DNA of 46,115 nucleotides from NCBI GenBank assembly GCA_029006015.1, contig JAQXFY010000066.1, positions 1-46,115 on the forward strand. Reading direction: 5' to 3'. The DNA comes from a bacterium (GTDB taxonomy: Bacteria > Bacillota > Clostridia > Christensenellales > SUG1161). The position numbers and the translations under genes are program-made. This document shows, piece after piece, positions 1-9,004 of this stretch (positions within the stretch are counted from its first letter, which is position 1; each line of letters begins with the position of its first letter). Under the pieces are notes generated by a model. It was not told the DNA's origin, made no database searches, and saw only the letters and a program-made list of their open reading frames with translations.

Positions 1-2
1 CA

Positions 3-1088
3 CCGCTGCTCCGCGCCGGGGGGGCGCCCCCGGGCCGCGCGCTGGCTTTAATCCCGCCGCGAACCCAAGGGGAGGGGGCCGGCCGGCCGCCCGACCGCCA
101 GCTGCAAAGCGTTTCGGGCTGGATGAACGCCCTGGCCGGGGAAAAACCGGCCCAGCGCAACGGCGCGGCGGAGCGGCAGCTGGCGCGCGCGCTGGCTTCC
201 CTGGGCATTCGTGTGCGCACGGTTATCTGCCAAAAAAGGGGCGATGCCCCGATGACGGCCTGCGTTTTGCTGGGCGAACAGGTCGATCCCTCCATGCTGG
301 AGATGATCGCCCAAGCGGCCACACGCGCCATGGGGCGGGATATGTCCATTGTGGCGGTGGATACCGTAAAAGGCGGCTGCCGGCTGCATATCGGGCCGGC
401 CCCGCGCATCCGCTGCCGCGCGGGCGGCGCCAAGAAAAGCCTGGAGGCCGGACAGCCTTCCGGCGATGGATGGGCCAAACGCACGCTGATGGACGGGCGT
501 GTGCTGCTGATGCTGTGCGATGGCATGGGCACGGGGAAAAATGCAGCCCAGCTAACCGAGCATGCCCTGCAGCTGCTGGAGGGGCTGATCGATATGGGCA
601 TCCCGGTCGAATCGGCCCTGACCGGCCTTAACCGCCTGCTGGCAGCCGGAGAGGAGGTTCGCCTGGCGGCGCTGGATGTGCTGGTCATCGATCCGGCCAG
701 TCAGCGCGCGGCCATGTATAAAATGGGCGCATGCCCTTCCATTCTGGTTCGGGAAGGATGCCCCCAGCTGATCGAAGGGGCGGCGCTGCCCATGGGCGCT
801 ATCGAACAGGGCAAACCCAATATCAGCATGCTGCACCTTAAGGCAGGGGATGCCATCGTGCTGGTCAGCGATGGCATCTGGCAGGCCCTGGCCCAGCAGG
901 GGGATGGAGAGGAACCCCTCTACGGGCTGCGTCAGGCGCTTGCGGAAAGCCCGGGCCGCGCGGCAAGCAGGCTGGTGGAACTGGCCGAGCAGCGGGCATA
1001 CCCGGATGATAAAAGCGCGGTGGTGCTGCAGGTGGACGGCTTTCCCCGCCGCTTGACAAGGATGGCGGAACCGGCGTATAATGCATAA
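3..1088 (+). CDS. spoIIE: Stage II sporulation protein E-like PP2C phosphatase, 5'-partial
   Basis: The frame is open from position 3 through ORF 123..1088. PP2C motifs LCDGMGTG, KMGACPS, LVSDG and DDKSAVV are present, and RQLQSVSGWMNALA resembles the SpoIIE regulatory helix. The first ~95 nt look atypical. Confidence 0.7.
   Translation, partial: PLLRAGGAPPGRALALIPPRTQGEGAGRPPDRQLQSVSGWMNALAGEKPAQRNGAAERQLARALASLGIRVRTVICQKRGDAPMTACVLLGEQVDPSMLEMIAQAATRAMGRDMSIVAVDTVKGGCRLHIGPAPRIRCRAGGAKKSLEAGQPSGDGWAKRTLMDGRVLLMLCDGMGTGKNAAQLTEHALQLLEGLIDMGIPVESALTGLNRLLAAGEEVRLAALDVLVIDPASQRAAMYKMGACPSILVREGCPQLIEGAALPMGAIEQGKPNISMLHLKAGDAIVLVSDGIWQALAQQGDGEEPLYGLRQALAESPGRAASRLVELAEQRAYPDDKSAVVLQVDGFPRRLTRMAEPAYNA
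1053..1082 (+). promoter_or_regulatory. Sigma-A promoter for the pheST leader, inside the 3' end of spoIIE
   Basis: TTGACA (1053-1058), 18 nt spacer, TATAAT (1077-1082), directly before the T-box leader. Confidence 0.85.
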
Positions 1089-1320
1089 AAAGCTGTGATG
1101 GAGCATCGTAGCGTATGGCTTTTCCCGCCAAGAGAGGGCTGGTCCCCGGCTGTAAGCCGGCCCCGGGCGCCATGGGCGAAATTTCACTCCGTAGCTGCTG
1201 CGCTGAAATCATCAGGCGCAGCCGGGGCTGCCCCGTTACCGGCAGACCAAGGCCCTGTATATCGGGGTGAATTGGGTGGTACCGCGGCATCAGCCCGCCC
1301 CAACATGGGGCGGGCTTTTT
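1088..1320 (+). ncRNA. T-box riboswitch (Phe specifier)
   Basis: AGAGAG and GGCTGTAAG stem I motifs, specifier TTC at 1183-1185 in GAAATTTCAC, T-box AATTGGGTGGTACCGCGG at 1270-1287, terminator AGCCCGCCCC/GGGGCGGGCT plus T-run at 1292-1320; lies upstream of pheS. Confidence 0.95.
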
Positions 1321-1342
1321 GTTTCAAGTAGGAGGGCTTTTT

Positions 1343-2365
1343 ATGGATGAAATCAAGGAATTGCTCGATAAAGCCTTACAAGCCGTGAGCGAGGCCAAGG
1401 ATGGCGAAGGGCTGGAAGCGGCGCGTGTTCGCTTTCTGGGCAAAAAGGGCGAGCTGACGGCGCTGCTGCGCGGTATGGGCCAGCTGCCAGCGCAGGAACG
1501 CCCGGCCTTTGGCGCGCGTGTCAACGCCGCGCGGGAAGAACTGGAACGCGCCATTGCCCAGGCCAAGGAAGCGCGCAGGGCCGATGAGCGGGCGCGCAAG
1601 CTTAAAGCGGAAGCCATCGATGTTACCTGGCCGGCCCCGGCGGCCGCGATGGGTGCGCTGCATCCCATGGAAACCATCCAGCGCCAGGTGGAGCAAATCT
1701 TTTTGGGCATGGGATACACCGTGGCCGAAGGCCCGGATGTCGAGCTGGATAAATATAATTTTGAGCTTTTAAACGTGCCGGCCGGCCATCCGGCGCGCGA
1801 TATGCAGGATACGTTCTATTTTACCGATTCCATGCTGCTGCGCACGCAGACCTCGGCCGTGCAGGCGCGGTATATGACCACCCACCGCCCGCCCATCCGC
1901 ATCATTTGCCCCGGGCGCGTCTACCGCGCGGACGAAGTGGATGCCTCCCATTCCCCGGTTTTCCACCAAATGGAGGGCCTGGTGGTGGACCATGGCATCA
2001 CCATGGCGCATTTGCGTGGGGCGCTGGATGCCTTTGCCAAAGCGCTGTATGGCGACAGCGCACGCATACGCTTCCGGCCTTCCTATTTCCCGTTTACCGA
2101 GCCCAGTGCGGAAGTGGATATCTCCTGCACCATCTGCGGGGGCAAGGGCTGCCGCACCTGCAAGGGCAGCGGCTGGCTGGAGGTGCTTGGCGCGGGCATG
2201 GTGCACCCCAACGTGCTTTCGGCCTGCGGCATCGATGCCACGGAGTATACCGGCTTTGCTTTCGGCATCGGGCTGGAGCGCATCGCCATGCTCAAATACG
2301 GCATCAGCGATATGCGCCTTCTGTATGAAAACGACATGCGCTTTTTGACGCAGTTTGGCCGGTAA
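1343..2365 (+). CDS. pheS: Phenylalanine--tRNA ligase alpha subunit
   Basis: HPARDMQDTFY, LLRTQTS, FHQMEG, YFPFTEPS, GFAFGIGLERIAML; RBS GGAGG before ATG 1343. Confidence 0.98.
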   Translation: MDEIKELLDKALQAVSEAKDGEGLEAARVRFLGKKGELTALLRGMGQLPAQERPAFGARVNAAREELERAIAQAKEARRADERARKLKAEAIDVTWPAPAAAMGALHPMETIQRQVEQIFLGMGYTVAEGPDVELDKYNFELLNVPAGHPARDMQDTFYFTDSMLLRTQTSAVQARYMTTHRPPIRIICPGRVYRADEVDASHSPVFHQMEGLVVDHGITMAHLRGALDAFAKALYGDSARIRFRPSYFPFTEPSAEVDISCTICGGKGCRTCKGSGWLEVLGAGMVHPNVLSACGIDATEYTGFAFGIGLERIAMLKYGISDMRLLYENDMRFLTQFGR

Positions 2366-2377
2366 GGGGGAGAAAAA

Positions 2378-4747
2378 ATGAAAACATCCTTAAAATGGCT
2401 CAAAGATTATGCGCCATGCCAGGCAGGGTGCGATGATGTGGTGGAGCGCATGATCGCCATCGGCAACGAAGTGGAAGGCGTGGAGGACCCGGGGAAAGAT
2501 ATTACCGGCGTGGTCACCGGCCGGATCACCCAAATTACCAAGCATCCGGATGCAGACAGGCTGCAGGTATGCCAGCTGGATGTCGGCGGCCAAACGCTGC
2601 AAATTGTTACCGGCGCGCAGAATGTTTTTGTCGGCGCGGTGGTTCCGGTAGCCACGCATGGCGCGCATCTTGCCGGCGGGATCAAAATTAAAAAATCCAA
2701 GCTGCGCGGGGTGGAAAGCAGCGGCATGCTGTGCAGCGGGCAGGAGCTTGGCATTACCGATGGCCATTATCCCGGCGCATCGGTTGACGGCATTTTGATT
2801 TTGGATGCCGATACGCCTGTGGGGCAGGATATCAGGCCCATTGTCGGCATCGACAGCCCGGTGTTGGAGTTTAAACCCCTGGCCAACCGCCCCGATTGTA
2901 TGAGCGTCCTTGGCCTGGCAGGCGAAGTATCGGCTGCCTACCGTACCCCGCTTCAAATGCCGCCGTGCGAGGTTGCGGAGGGGGGCGGCGATATTCGGGA
3001 GGAGATTACTGTTTCGGTGGAGGCGCCGGAGCGCTGCACGCGCTACATGGCGCGCGTGGTTAAGGGCGTTACCATTGCCCCTTCCCCCGCCTGGATGCGC
3101 CATCGCCTGCTTTCCGCGGGCATCCGGCCCATCAATAACATCGTCGATGTAACCAACTTTATTATGCTGGAAATGGGCCAGCCGCTGCATGCGTTCGATC
3201 TGCGCTATATTGCCGATAAAAAAATCATCGTGCGCACGGCCCGGCCGGGGGAAACCATTACGCTGCTGGATGAAAAGGATTATACGCTGGATGACAATAT
3301 GCTGGTGATTGCCGATGGCCAGAAGCCGCGCGCGTTGGCTGGCATCATGGGTGGCATGGCCAGCGGCATCATGGAGGATACGCGCGATGTGCTGATCGAG
3401 GCGGCGGTGTTTACCTCGGTAGGCACGCGGCAGACCTCCCGCCAGCTGGGGGTGCGCAGCGAATCCTCCGCCCGGTACGAAAAGGGTGTGGATGCGGCAA
3501 CAACGCCGCTGGCGTGCGACCGCGCGGCCCGGCTGATGGCCGAGCTTGGCGGCGGCACCGTGGTATCGGGCCACATCGATGTGTGTGCCCATCAACCGGG
3601 CGCGGCCCGGATCGTGGCCGATCCTGCCCGCATCAACGCCTTGTTGGGCGTTACCCTGGATACGGCGGAGATGGTGGAGCTGCTCAATGCGCTGCACCTG
3701 GATACCCATGCTCAGGATGGCATGCTGCACGTTACGGTGCCCTATGCCAGGCGCGATATCGCAGGCGAAGCTGATTTGGCGGAGGAAATTATGCGCCTGC
3801 ATGGCTATGACGATATCCCGGCCGCGCGCATGGCTGGGCCCATCCTGGTGGGCGGATATTCCGACAGGCGCAAAAAGCTGGATGCGGTTTCGGAGTATTT
3901 GGTGGCCTGCGGGCTGTATGGGGCGATGAACTATTCCTTTACCGGCCCGCGGCAGTTTGCGCTGACCGGGCAGGATGCCGGCCAGGCGCTCAAGCTCCGT
4001 AACCCACTGGGGGAGGATCTGTCCCTGATGCGCAGGGATCTGGCGGCCGGGCTGATCGGCAATTTGGCGCTCAATGCCGCCCATAAAAACCCCCGTGCCC
4101 GGTTGTTTGAAATCGGCAAGGTGTTTATGCCCCAGGGCGAGGAACTGCCCCGGGAAGATTGGCATCTGGGTCTGGCGGCCTTTGGCGGGGTGGATTTTTA
4201 TGCCGTCAAGGCCTGGATGGACGGCGTGGTGCGCACGCTGGGCGTGGAAGGCCTGGCTTACGAGCCGGGCGGCCCGCAGTGGCTGCACCCGGGGCGCAGC
4301 GCCAGGGTGCTGATCGACGGGGCAGAGGTTGGCTTTGTAGGTGAGCTGCATCCCGATGTGGCGGAGGCGCAGGGCATTCGCGAGCGCGCCTATGTGGCCG
4401 AGATCAATCTGGAAGCCATGCTGGATGCCAAGCAAACGCCTGTTACCTACCGCCCCATGCCCAAGTTCCCCGCGGTTTCCCGCGATCTGGCCCTTGTTAT
4501 GGCGGCCGATCAGCCGGTGGGCCCGGTGATGGAGGCCATCCGTCAGGCGGCGGGCAGCCGGTTGGAAACGCTGAATGTTTTCGATGTCTACCGCGGGCTG
4601 CCGCTGGGGCCGGATGAAAAATCCGTTGCCTTCTCGCTTTCGTGGCGCGATGCCCAGAAAACGCTGACCGATGCCGATATCGCCCCCATGGTGGACGATA
4701 TTCTGCAAGCCTGCGCCCAGCGCTTTGGTGCCCGCCTGCGCGCATAA
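2378..4747 (+). CDS. pheT: Phenylalanine--tRNA ligase beta subunit
   Basis: HPDADRL, LRGVESSGMLCS, NRPDCMS, INNIVDVTNF, C-terminal KFPAVSRDLA domain; follows pheS. Confidence 0.98.
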   Translation: MKTSLKWLKDYAPCQAGCDDVVERMIAIGNEVEGVEDPGKDITGVVTGRITQITKHPDADRLQVCQLDVGGQTLQIVTGAQNVFVGAVVPVATHGAHLAGGIKIKKSKLRGVESSGMLCSGQELGITDGHYPGASVDGILILDADTPVGQDIRPIVGIDSPVLEFKPLANRPDCMSVLGLAGEVSAAYRTPLQMPPCEVAEGGGDIREEITVSVEAPERCTRYMARVVKGVTIAPSPAWMRHRLLSAGIRPINNIVDVTNFIMLEMGQPLHAFDLRYIADKKIIVRTARPGETITLLDEKDYTLDDNMLVIADGQKPRALAGIMGGMASGIMEDTRDVLIEAAVFTSVGTRQTSRQLGVRSESSARYEKGVDAATTPLACDRAARLMAELGGGTVVSGHIDVCAHQPGAARIVADPARINALLGVTLDTAEMVELLNALHLDTHAQDGMLHVTVPYARRDIAGEADLAEEIMRLHGYDDIPAARMAGPILVGGYSDRRKKLDAVSEYLVACGLYGAMNYSFTGPRQFALTGQDAGQALKLRNPLGEDLSLMRRDLAAGLIGNLALNAAHKNPRARLFEIGKVFMPQGEELPREDWHLGLAAFGGVDFYAVKAWMDGVVRTLGVEGLAYEPGGPQWLHPGRSARVLIDGAEVGFVGELHPDVAEAQGIRERAYVAEINLEAMLDAKQTPVTYRPMPKFPAVSRDLALVMAADQPVGPVMEAIRQAAGSRLETLNVFDVYRGLPLGPDEKSVAFSLSWRDAQKTLTDADIAPMVDDILQACAQRFGARLRA

Positions 4748-4854
4748 AGCCTGCGCCCGGATGCGTGGAGCAATACGCGCCGGCAACAGGCACGGCCATG
4801 CGCCTTGGCCGGTATGGCGGCCGCACCCGCAATGTGCGGGGCATTAAAAAATAA

Positions 4855-4890
4855 AACATCCGGGCGGAGCCACGCTCCGCCCGGATTGTT
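4855..4890. terminator. Hairpin terminator between convergent pheT and the feo operon
   Basis: ATCCGGGCGGAGC-CAC-GCTCCGCCCGGAT perfect stem with A/T-rich flanks. Confidence 0.75.
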
Positions 4891-4994
4891 TATATCCCGG
4901 GGCGAGGGACAATCGGATTATAGCCGGATGGCCCCGGAAAAGGGTATGGCGGCGGGGCGGGAAGGCAAAATCGCTTCATCGCGCGCCGGTTAGG

Positions 4995-5189
4995 TCAGTG
5001 GGAATGCCTGGGGTGGTGGGGAGCTTTGGTGGCACAACATGCCTTGCTGTAAGGGCAGCTTGCGCAGCCCCCCGCGCAGGCGCCTTTTTTATGGCGGCCA
5101 ATCAGGGCAACGGCAGCCCATATAAATAGGGCGGCCAGTACTGCGCCAATCAGCAATGTAGCGCCATGAGCCAGAATAAAGGCCTTCAT
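4995..5189 (-). CDS. FeoB-associated Cys-rich small membrane protein
   Basis: One TM helix followed by CAGGCASCPYSKAC and a His-rich tail; RBS GGAGG; downstream of feoB. Confidence 0.85.
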   Translation of the reverse strand: MKAFILAHGATLLIGAVLAALFIWAAVALIGRHKKGACAGGCASCPYSKACCATKAPHHPRHSH

Positions 5190-5304
5190 CGAACCGCCTC
5201 CTTTTGTTAATTGGGCGAGATGGGCCGGCTTGAGCGGCCCTTTAGGGAAATGGCATGCAAGTTATGTGGGAATATGCCGGGCAATTGACTGGGCACCATT
5301 GGGA

Positions 5305-7425
5305 TTAGGTGGTTGCCAGGCTTTGGGGGGTGCGGCGCGCAGGGCGCAGCAGCAGGTATAAAAAGCCGGCCAGCACCACCAGGGAGGCGGCGGTACCCAG
5401 GCCAAAACCACCACCGCTGATCCAGGTACCCAACTGATAGATGCAAAACGAGGTTGTATAGGCAAGCCCGGTCTGATAACCAACGGCAAATAACGTCCAG
5501 CGGGCGCTGCCAAATTCGCGCTTCATGGCGCCGATAGCGGCAAAACAGGGGGCACACAACAGGTTAAACACCAGGAATCCGTAGGCGGCCAGCGGCGAAA
5601 AGGCAGCTTGAAGGTTGGCCCAGATTTCCGCACCATCTTCGGCTACCTCGGCAAAGCCATATAGGATACCAAAGGTGGATACAACGTTTTCTTTTGCTAC
5701 CAGGCCGGTTACCATAGCAACGGCGGCGCGCCAATCGCCAAAGCCCAGCGGCGCAAACAAGGGGGCAATTACCCCGCCGATATCCGCCAGCATGGATTGG
5801 GTTTCTTCTACCATTTCAAAGCGCCAGTTAAAGGAAGATAACAACCACACCAGGCCGCTGGCCAGAAAGATAATCGTGCCTGCTTTTTTAACAAAGGATT
5901 TCCCGCGCTCCCACATATGGACCAGCACACCCTTAAGGCCGGGAAGGTGATATGCGGGAAGTTCCATAACAAAAGGTGCGGCCTCGCCGGCAAAGAGCTT
6001 GGTTTTTTTCAGCAGAATACCGGACAAGATGATGGCTGCGATACCGACAAAGTAAGCGGAAGGGGCCACCCACCATGCGCCGCCAAAGAGCGCACCGGCG
6101 ATCAGGGCAATGATGGGCAGCTTGGCGCTGCAGGGGATAAAGGTGGTAGTCATCACCGTCATGCGGCGGTCGGCCGGGCTTTCAATGGTGCGGGATGCCA
6201 TAATGCCGGGCACACCGCAGCCCGTGCCAATCAGCATGGGAATAAAGGATTTGCCGGACAGGCCAAATCTGCGGAACAATCGATCCAGAATAAAGGCAAT
6301 GCGCGCCATATAACCGGAATCTTCCAGCACGGCAAGCAGGAAAAACAGCACAAGCATTTGGGGTAAAAAGCCAAGTACCGCGCCGATGCCGGCCAGGATG
6401 CCGTCCACCAACAGGGAAATCAGCCAATCGGCACAGTGAATGGATTCCAGCCAGCCGGTCAGCGCACCAGGCAAAAATTCGCCAAAGAGGGAATCGTTAA
6501 CCCAATCCGTCGCCATGGAGCCAATGGTGGTAACGGATAGAAAATATACCAGAAACATGATTACCGCAAAGATCGGCAACGCCAGATAGCGATTGGTTAC
6601 CACTTTGTCGATGCTATCGGAAATGGAGGGGCGTCCCTGCGCACGTGCGATGCAGCCTTCAGTCAAATGGGCAATGGCGCGGTAGCGTTGGTCGGTAATT
6701 AAACTGACGGCATCGTCATCCAGGGAACTTTCACAAGCGGCGATGGTGTTGGCTAGGACCTCGCGCTGCTGCGGGTCCAAGGCCGTTTGGGAAAGAATGT
6801 CCTCGTCCCGCTCAAACAGCTTGATGGCCACCCAACGCTCGCGCGCGGGTGCTACCAGGCCATGGATAAGGCCCTGGATGGTTTGAAGTGCGGTCTCCAC
6901 CTCGCCATCAAATGCAAGGGGGGGTGGCGCTATGCCGCCTTTGGCGGCGCTAAGGGCGGTATCCCCCAATTCTTTGAGCCCCTTGCCCTTGAGGGCACTG
7001 ATGGGTACCACAGGGCAGCCGATGCGGCGGGACAGGGCAGCGGCATCAATGTGCCCACCATTTTTTTCAACCACATCCATCATGTTCAGCGCCACCACAA
7101 TGGGAATGCCCAGTTCCAACAATTGGGTGGTTAACAGCAGGTTGCGTTCCAGATTGGAGGCATCCACGATGCTGATGACCGCCCCTGCGTTGTTGTTAAG
7201 CAAAAATGTCCGGGATACCCGCTCTTCCGGGCTGTAGGGAGACAGGGAATAGATGCCGGGTAGATCGACCAGCGTAACATCCCGTTTGCCCTTCAAGGAG
7301 CCTTCCTTTTTCTCAACGGTAACGCCGGGCCAGTTGCCTACATGCTGCGTACTGCCGGTTAAGGCATTAAATAAGGTGGTTTTACCACAATTGGGGTTGC
7401 CGGCCAACGCCAAGGTGATGGGCAT
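5305..7425 (-). CDS. feoB: Ferrous iron transporter B
   Basis: GNPNCGKT, GNWPGVTVE, DLPG and NMMD GTPase motifs; gate motifs GCGVP, IPCSAKL, APCFAA; ATG 7425 after AGGAGG. Confidence 0.97.
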   Translation of the reverse strand: MPITLALAGNPNCGKTTLFNALTGSTQHVGNWPGVTVEKKEGSLKGKRDVTLVDLPGIYSLSPYSPEERVSRTFLLNNNAGAVISIVDASNLERNLLLTTQLLELGIPIVVALNMMDVVEKNGGHIDAAALSRRIGCPVVPISALKGKGLKELGDTALSAAKGGIAPPPLAFDGEVETALQTIQGLIHGLVAPARERWVAIKLFERDEDILSQTALDPQQREVLANTIAACESSLDDDAVSLITDQRYRAIAHLTEGCIARAQGRPSISDSIDKVVTNRYLALPIFAVIMFLVYFLSVTTIGSMATDWVNDSLFGEFLPGALTGWLESIHCADWLISLLVDGILAGIGAVLGFLPQMLVLFFLLAVLEDSGYMARIAFILDRLFRRFGLSGKSFIPMLIGTGCGVPGIMASRTIESPADRRMTVMTTTFIPCSAKLPIIALIAGALFGGAWWVAPSAYFVGIAAIILSGILLKKTKLFAGEAAPFVMELPAYHLPGLKGVLVHMWERGKSFVKKAGTIIFLASGLVWLLSSFNWRFEMVEETQSMLADIGGVIAPLFAPLGFGDWRAAVAMVTGLVAKENVVSTFGILYGFAEVAEDGAEIWANLQAAFSPLAAYGFLVFNLLCAPCFAAIGAMKREFGSARWTLFAVGYQTGLAYTTSFCIYQLGTWISGGGFGLGTAASLVVLAGFLYLLLRPARRTPQSLATT

Positions 7426-7449
7426 GGTTGCATTCCTCCTCAAAACAAC

Positions 7450-7467
7450 GGTTAGCTATAACTAACT
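7450..7467. promoter_or_regulatory. DtxR-family operator candidate, copy 3 (before feoB)
   Basis: GGTTAG-CTATAA-CTAACT palindrome next to the feoB RBS. Confidence 0.7.
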
Positions 7468-7486
7468 TTTGGACACAAGAAAAACA

Positions 7487-7717
7487 TCAGGTTCCTTCAA
7501 CAAGGATAGCCTCGGCATCGGCTTTGCGTAGGGTAAGGGCATAGCCACGCAGCATTACCTCAATGGGGTCGCCAAGGGGGGCCACACGCTGCACGGTTAT
7601 ACGGCACCCTTTGGTGATGCCCATATCCATCATGCGGCGTTTAAGCGCACCTTCGCCCTGGACGCGGGAAACGGTTACGGTTTGCCCGCATGTGATCTGC
7701 CTTAGGGATTTAATCAT
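7487..7717 (-). CDS. feoA: Ferrous iron transport protein A
   Basis: RRMMDMGITKG, APLGDPIEV, RGYALTLRK. Confidence 0.95.
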   Translation of the reverse strand: MIKSLRQITCGQTVTVSRVQGEGALKRRMMDMGITKGCRITVQRVAPLGDPIEVMLRGYALTLRKADAEAILVEGT

Positions 7718-7941
7718 CGGCTTTCCTCCTCTTCAATGAGAATATAGCAAGCCATTTCCTGGCTAATGGCTACGCGCATATCCCGGATACGCACAATCAA
7801 GTTGCCACCGATGCGGCTGATAGGGATGACGGCTTGCCCCTGCGTAAATCCAAGGGATTCTAGATGATGACGGATTTTTTCCTTCCCACCAATGTGCTGA
7901 ATGGTAGCCGGAATTCCAATGGATGCTAAGGTAAGCGGCAT
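7714..7941 (-). CDS. feoA: Ferrous iron transport protein A (second copy)
   Basis: MPLTLA, HLESLGF, GNLIVRIRDMRVAISQEMA; 4-nt overlap with the next feoA. Confidence 0.92.
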   Translation of the reverse strand: MPLTLASIGIPATIQHIGGKEKIRHHLESLGFTQGQAVIPISRIGGNLIVRIRDMRVAISQEMACYILIEEEESR

Positions 7942-7957
7942 ATCAATTCCTCCTAGC

Positions 7958-8009
7958 GGTTAGATGCAACTAACCAATAGGGATAAAATGTGGTTAGTTA
8001 TAACTAATC
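7958..8009. promoter_or_regulatory. Two DtxR-family operator candidates (copies 1 and 2)
   Basis: GGTTAG-ATGCAA-CTAACC (7958-7975) and GGTTAG-TTATAA-CTAATC (7992-8009). Confidence 0.75.
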
Positions 8010-8015
8010 GCTGCC

Positions 8016-8044
8016 ATGATAGCAAATCGGAAGGACGATGTCAA
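8016..8044 (-). promoter_or_regulatory. Sigma-A promoter of the feo operon
   Basis: Minus strand TTGACA-N17-TATCAT with an extended -10 TG. Confidence 0.8.
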
Positions 8045-8139
8045 GCTTAATGTTGCCGAAGGGAAAGCGCATATGTTGAAAAAAACATGCAAATCTGGTA
8101 AAACTAAAAAAGCTTTTACCTGCCGGGAGGGAATGGAAT

Positions 8140-8523
8140 ATGAAAATTCAGGAATCGGCTGAAAATTATCTGGAAACCATCTATCTTCTGGGCCAGGAGG
8201 GCAAAACGGTGCGCGCCATCGATATCGCGGCGCAGCTGCATTTTTCAAAGCCAAGCGTCAGCTACGCCATGAAACGGCTGCGCGAAAACGGTTATATCAC
8301 CGTGGAGGATGGGGGCATCATCCGCCTGACCGATAAGGGCGGCGAAATTGCCGAGCGCATGGCGCAGCGCCATCGCCTGCTGACGGATTATCTGATGGCC
8401 CTTGGTGTGGATGCCGATACGGCCAGGCAGGATGCCTGCCGCATCGAGCATGTCATCAGCCAGCAGACGTTTGATGCCCTGCGGGCGCATGTCGACAACC
8501 GGCAGAATGGCGGCAGCCGATAA
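8140..8523 (+). CDS. DtxR/MntR-family metal-dependent transcriptional repressor
   Basis: ESAENYLETIY, HTH SKPSVSYAMKRL, RHRLL, DACRIEH; lacks the C-terminal SH3/FeoA-like domain. Confidence 0.92.
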   Translation: MKIQESAENYLETIYLLGQEGKTVRAIDIAAQLHFSKPSVSYAMKRLRENGYITVEDGGIIRLTDKGGEIAERMAQRHRLLTDYLMALGVDADTARQDACRIEHVISQQTFDALRAHVDNRQNGGSR

Positions 8524-8765
8524 GCAAAATGCCTGGGCAAGGAACACGGCCCATCATCATGCCAAACCGTAAAATACATCCCCCTGTCCGTATGAGCATA
8601 GGAGGATTTTGCCATGCAGCCCTGCCTGATAGGGGCATGATGGCGGAAAAAGGCATATGCCAGGGCATGACCCTGCATTACCATCGGCTTTGGTATATGC
8701 GGGCCGGGCAAAAATTTTTTAAAAATCCACAAAAAACTGCCCCAAGGCGGGGAATAACGCCCCTG

Positions 8766-8990
8766 TCAGCGCTTGTATAGCCGCTTTAAGCGGTCCTGAA
8801 ACGCTTTGCGGCGCAGGGATTCCTCATCCATATCGGCTATCAGGTTGCCGTCTTCATCCCGGCGCAGGCACATGCCTTCCCGCGCGCCGCGGGGCAGGCT
8901 GCCAAGCGGCATATAGCGCGGTTCGCCCGCCGGATCTTCCAGCACGGCCATATCGCCTTCGATGCGGTCGATCGTCCATTTTTCGTCCAC
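8766..8990 (-). CDS. DUF3006 family protein
   Basis: IDRIEGDMAVLE and LPRGAREG; GTG 8990 after GGAGG; this family typically sits next to ComEC-like MBL genes. Confidence 0.85.
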   Translation of the reverse strand: MDEKWTIDRIEGDMAVLEDPAGEPRYMPLGSLPRGAREGMCLRRDEDGNLIADMDEESLRRKAFQDRLKRLYKR

Positions 8991-9004
8991 GTTTATTCCT
9001 CCAA

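Noticed and set aside
1-95. Extremely GC-rich in-frame extension of spoIIE (PLLRAGGAPPG...)
   Set aside because: It does not resemble SpoIIE and has G/C runs typical of a low-quality contig end; treated as a probable sequencing artefact.
2390-4786. 798-aa antisense ORF over pheT, and similar long shadows over mutS2, htrA, ABC2 and GH109
   Set aside because: Antisense frames stay open in GC-rich genes with biased codon use; no RBS or protein motifs.
8524-8765. Short ORFs and GGGCATGA repeats between the DtxR gene and DUF3006
   Set aside because: No RBS or motif, and the repeats are too short and irregular to support a feature.
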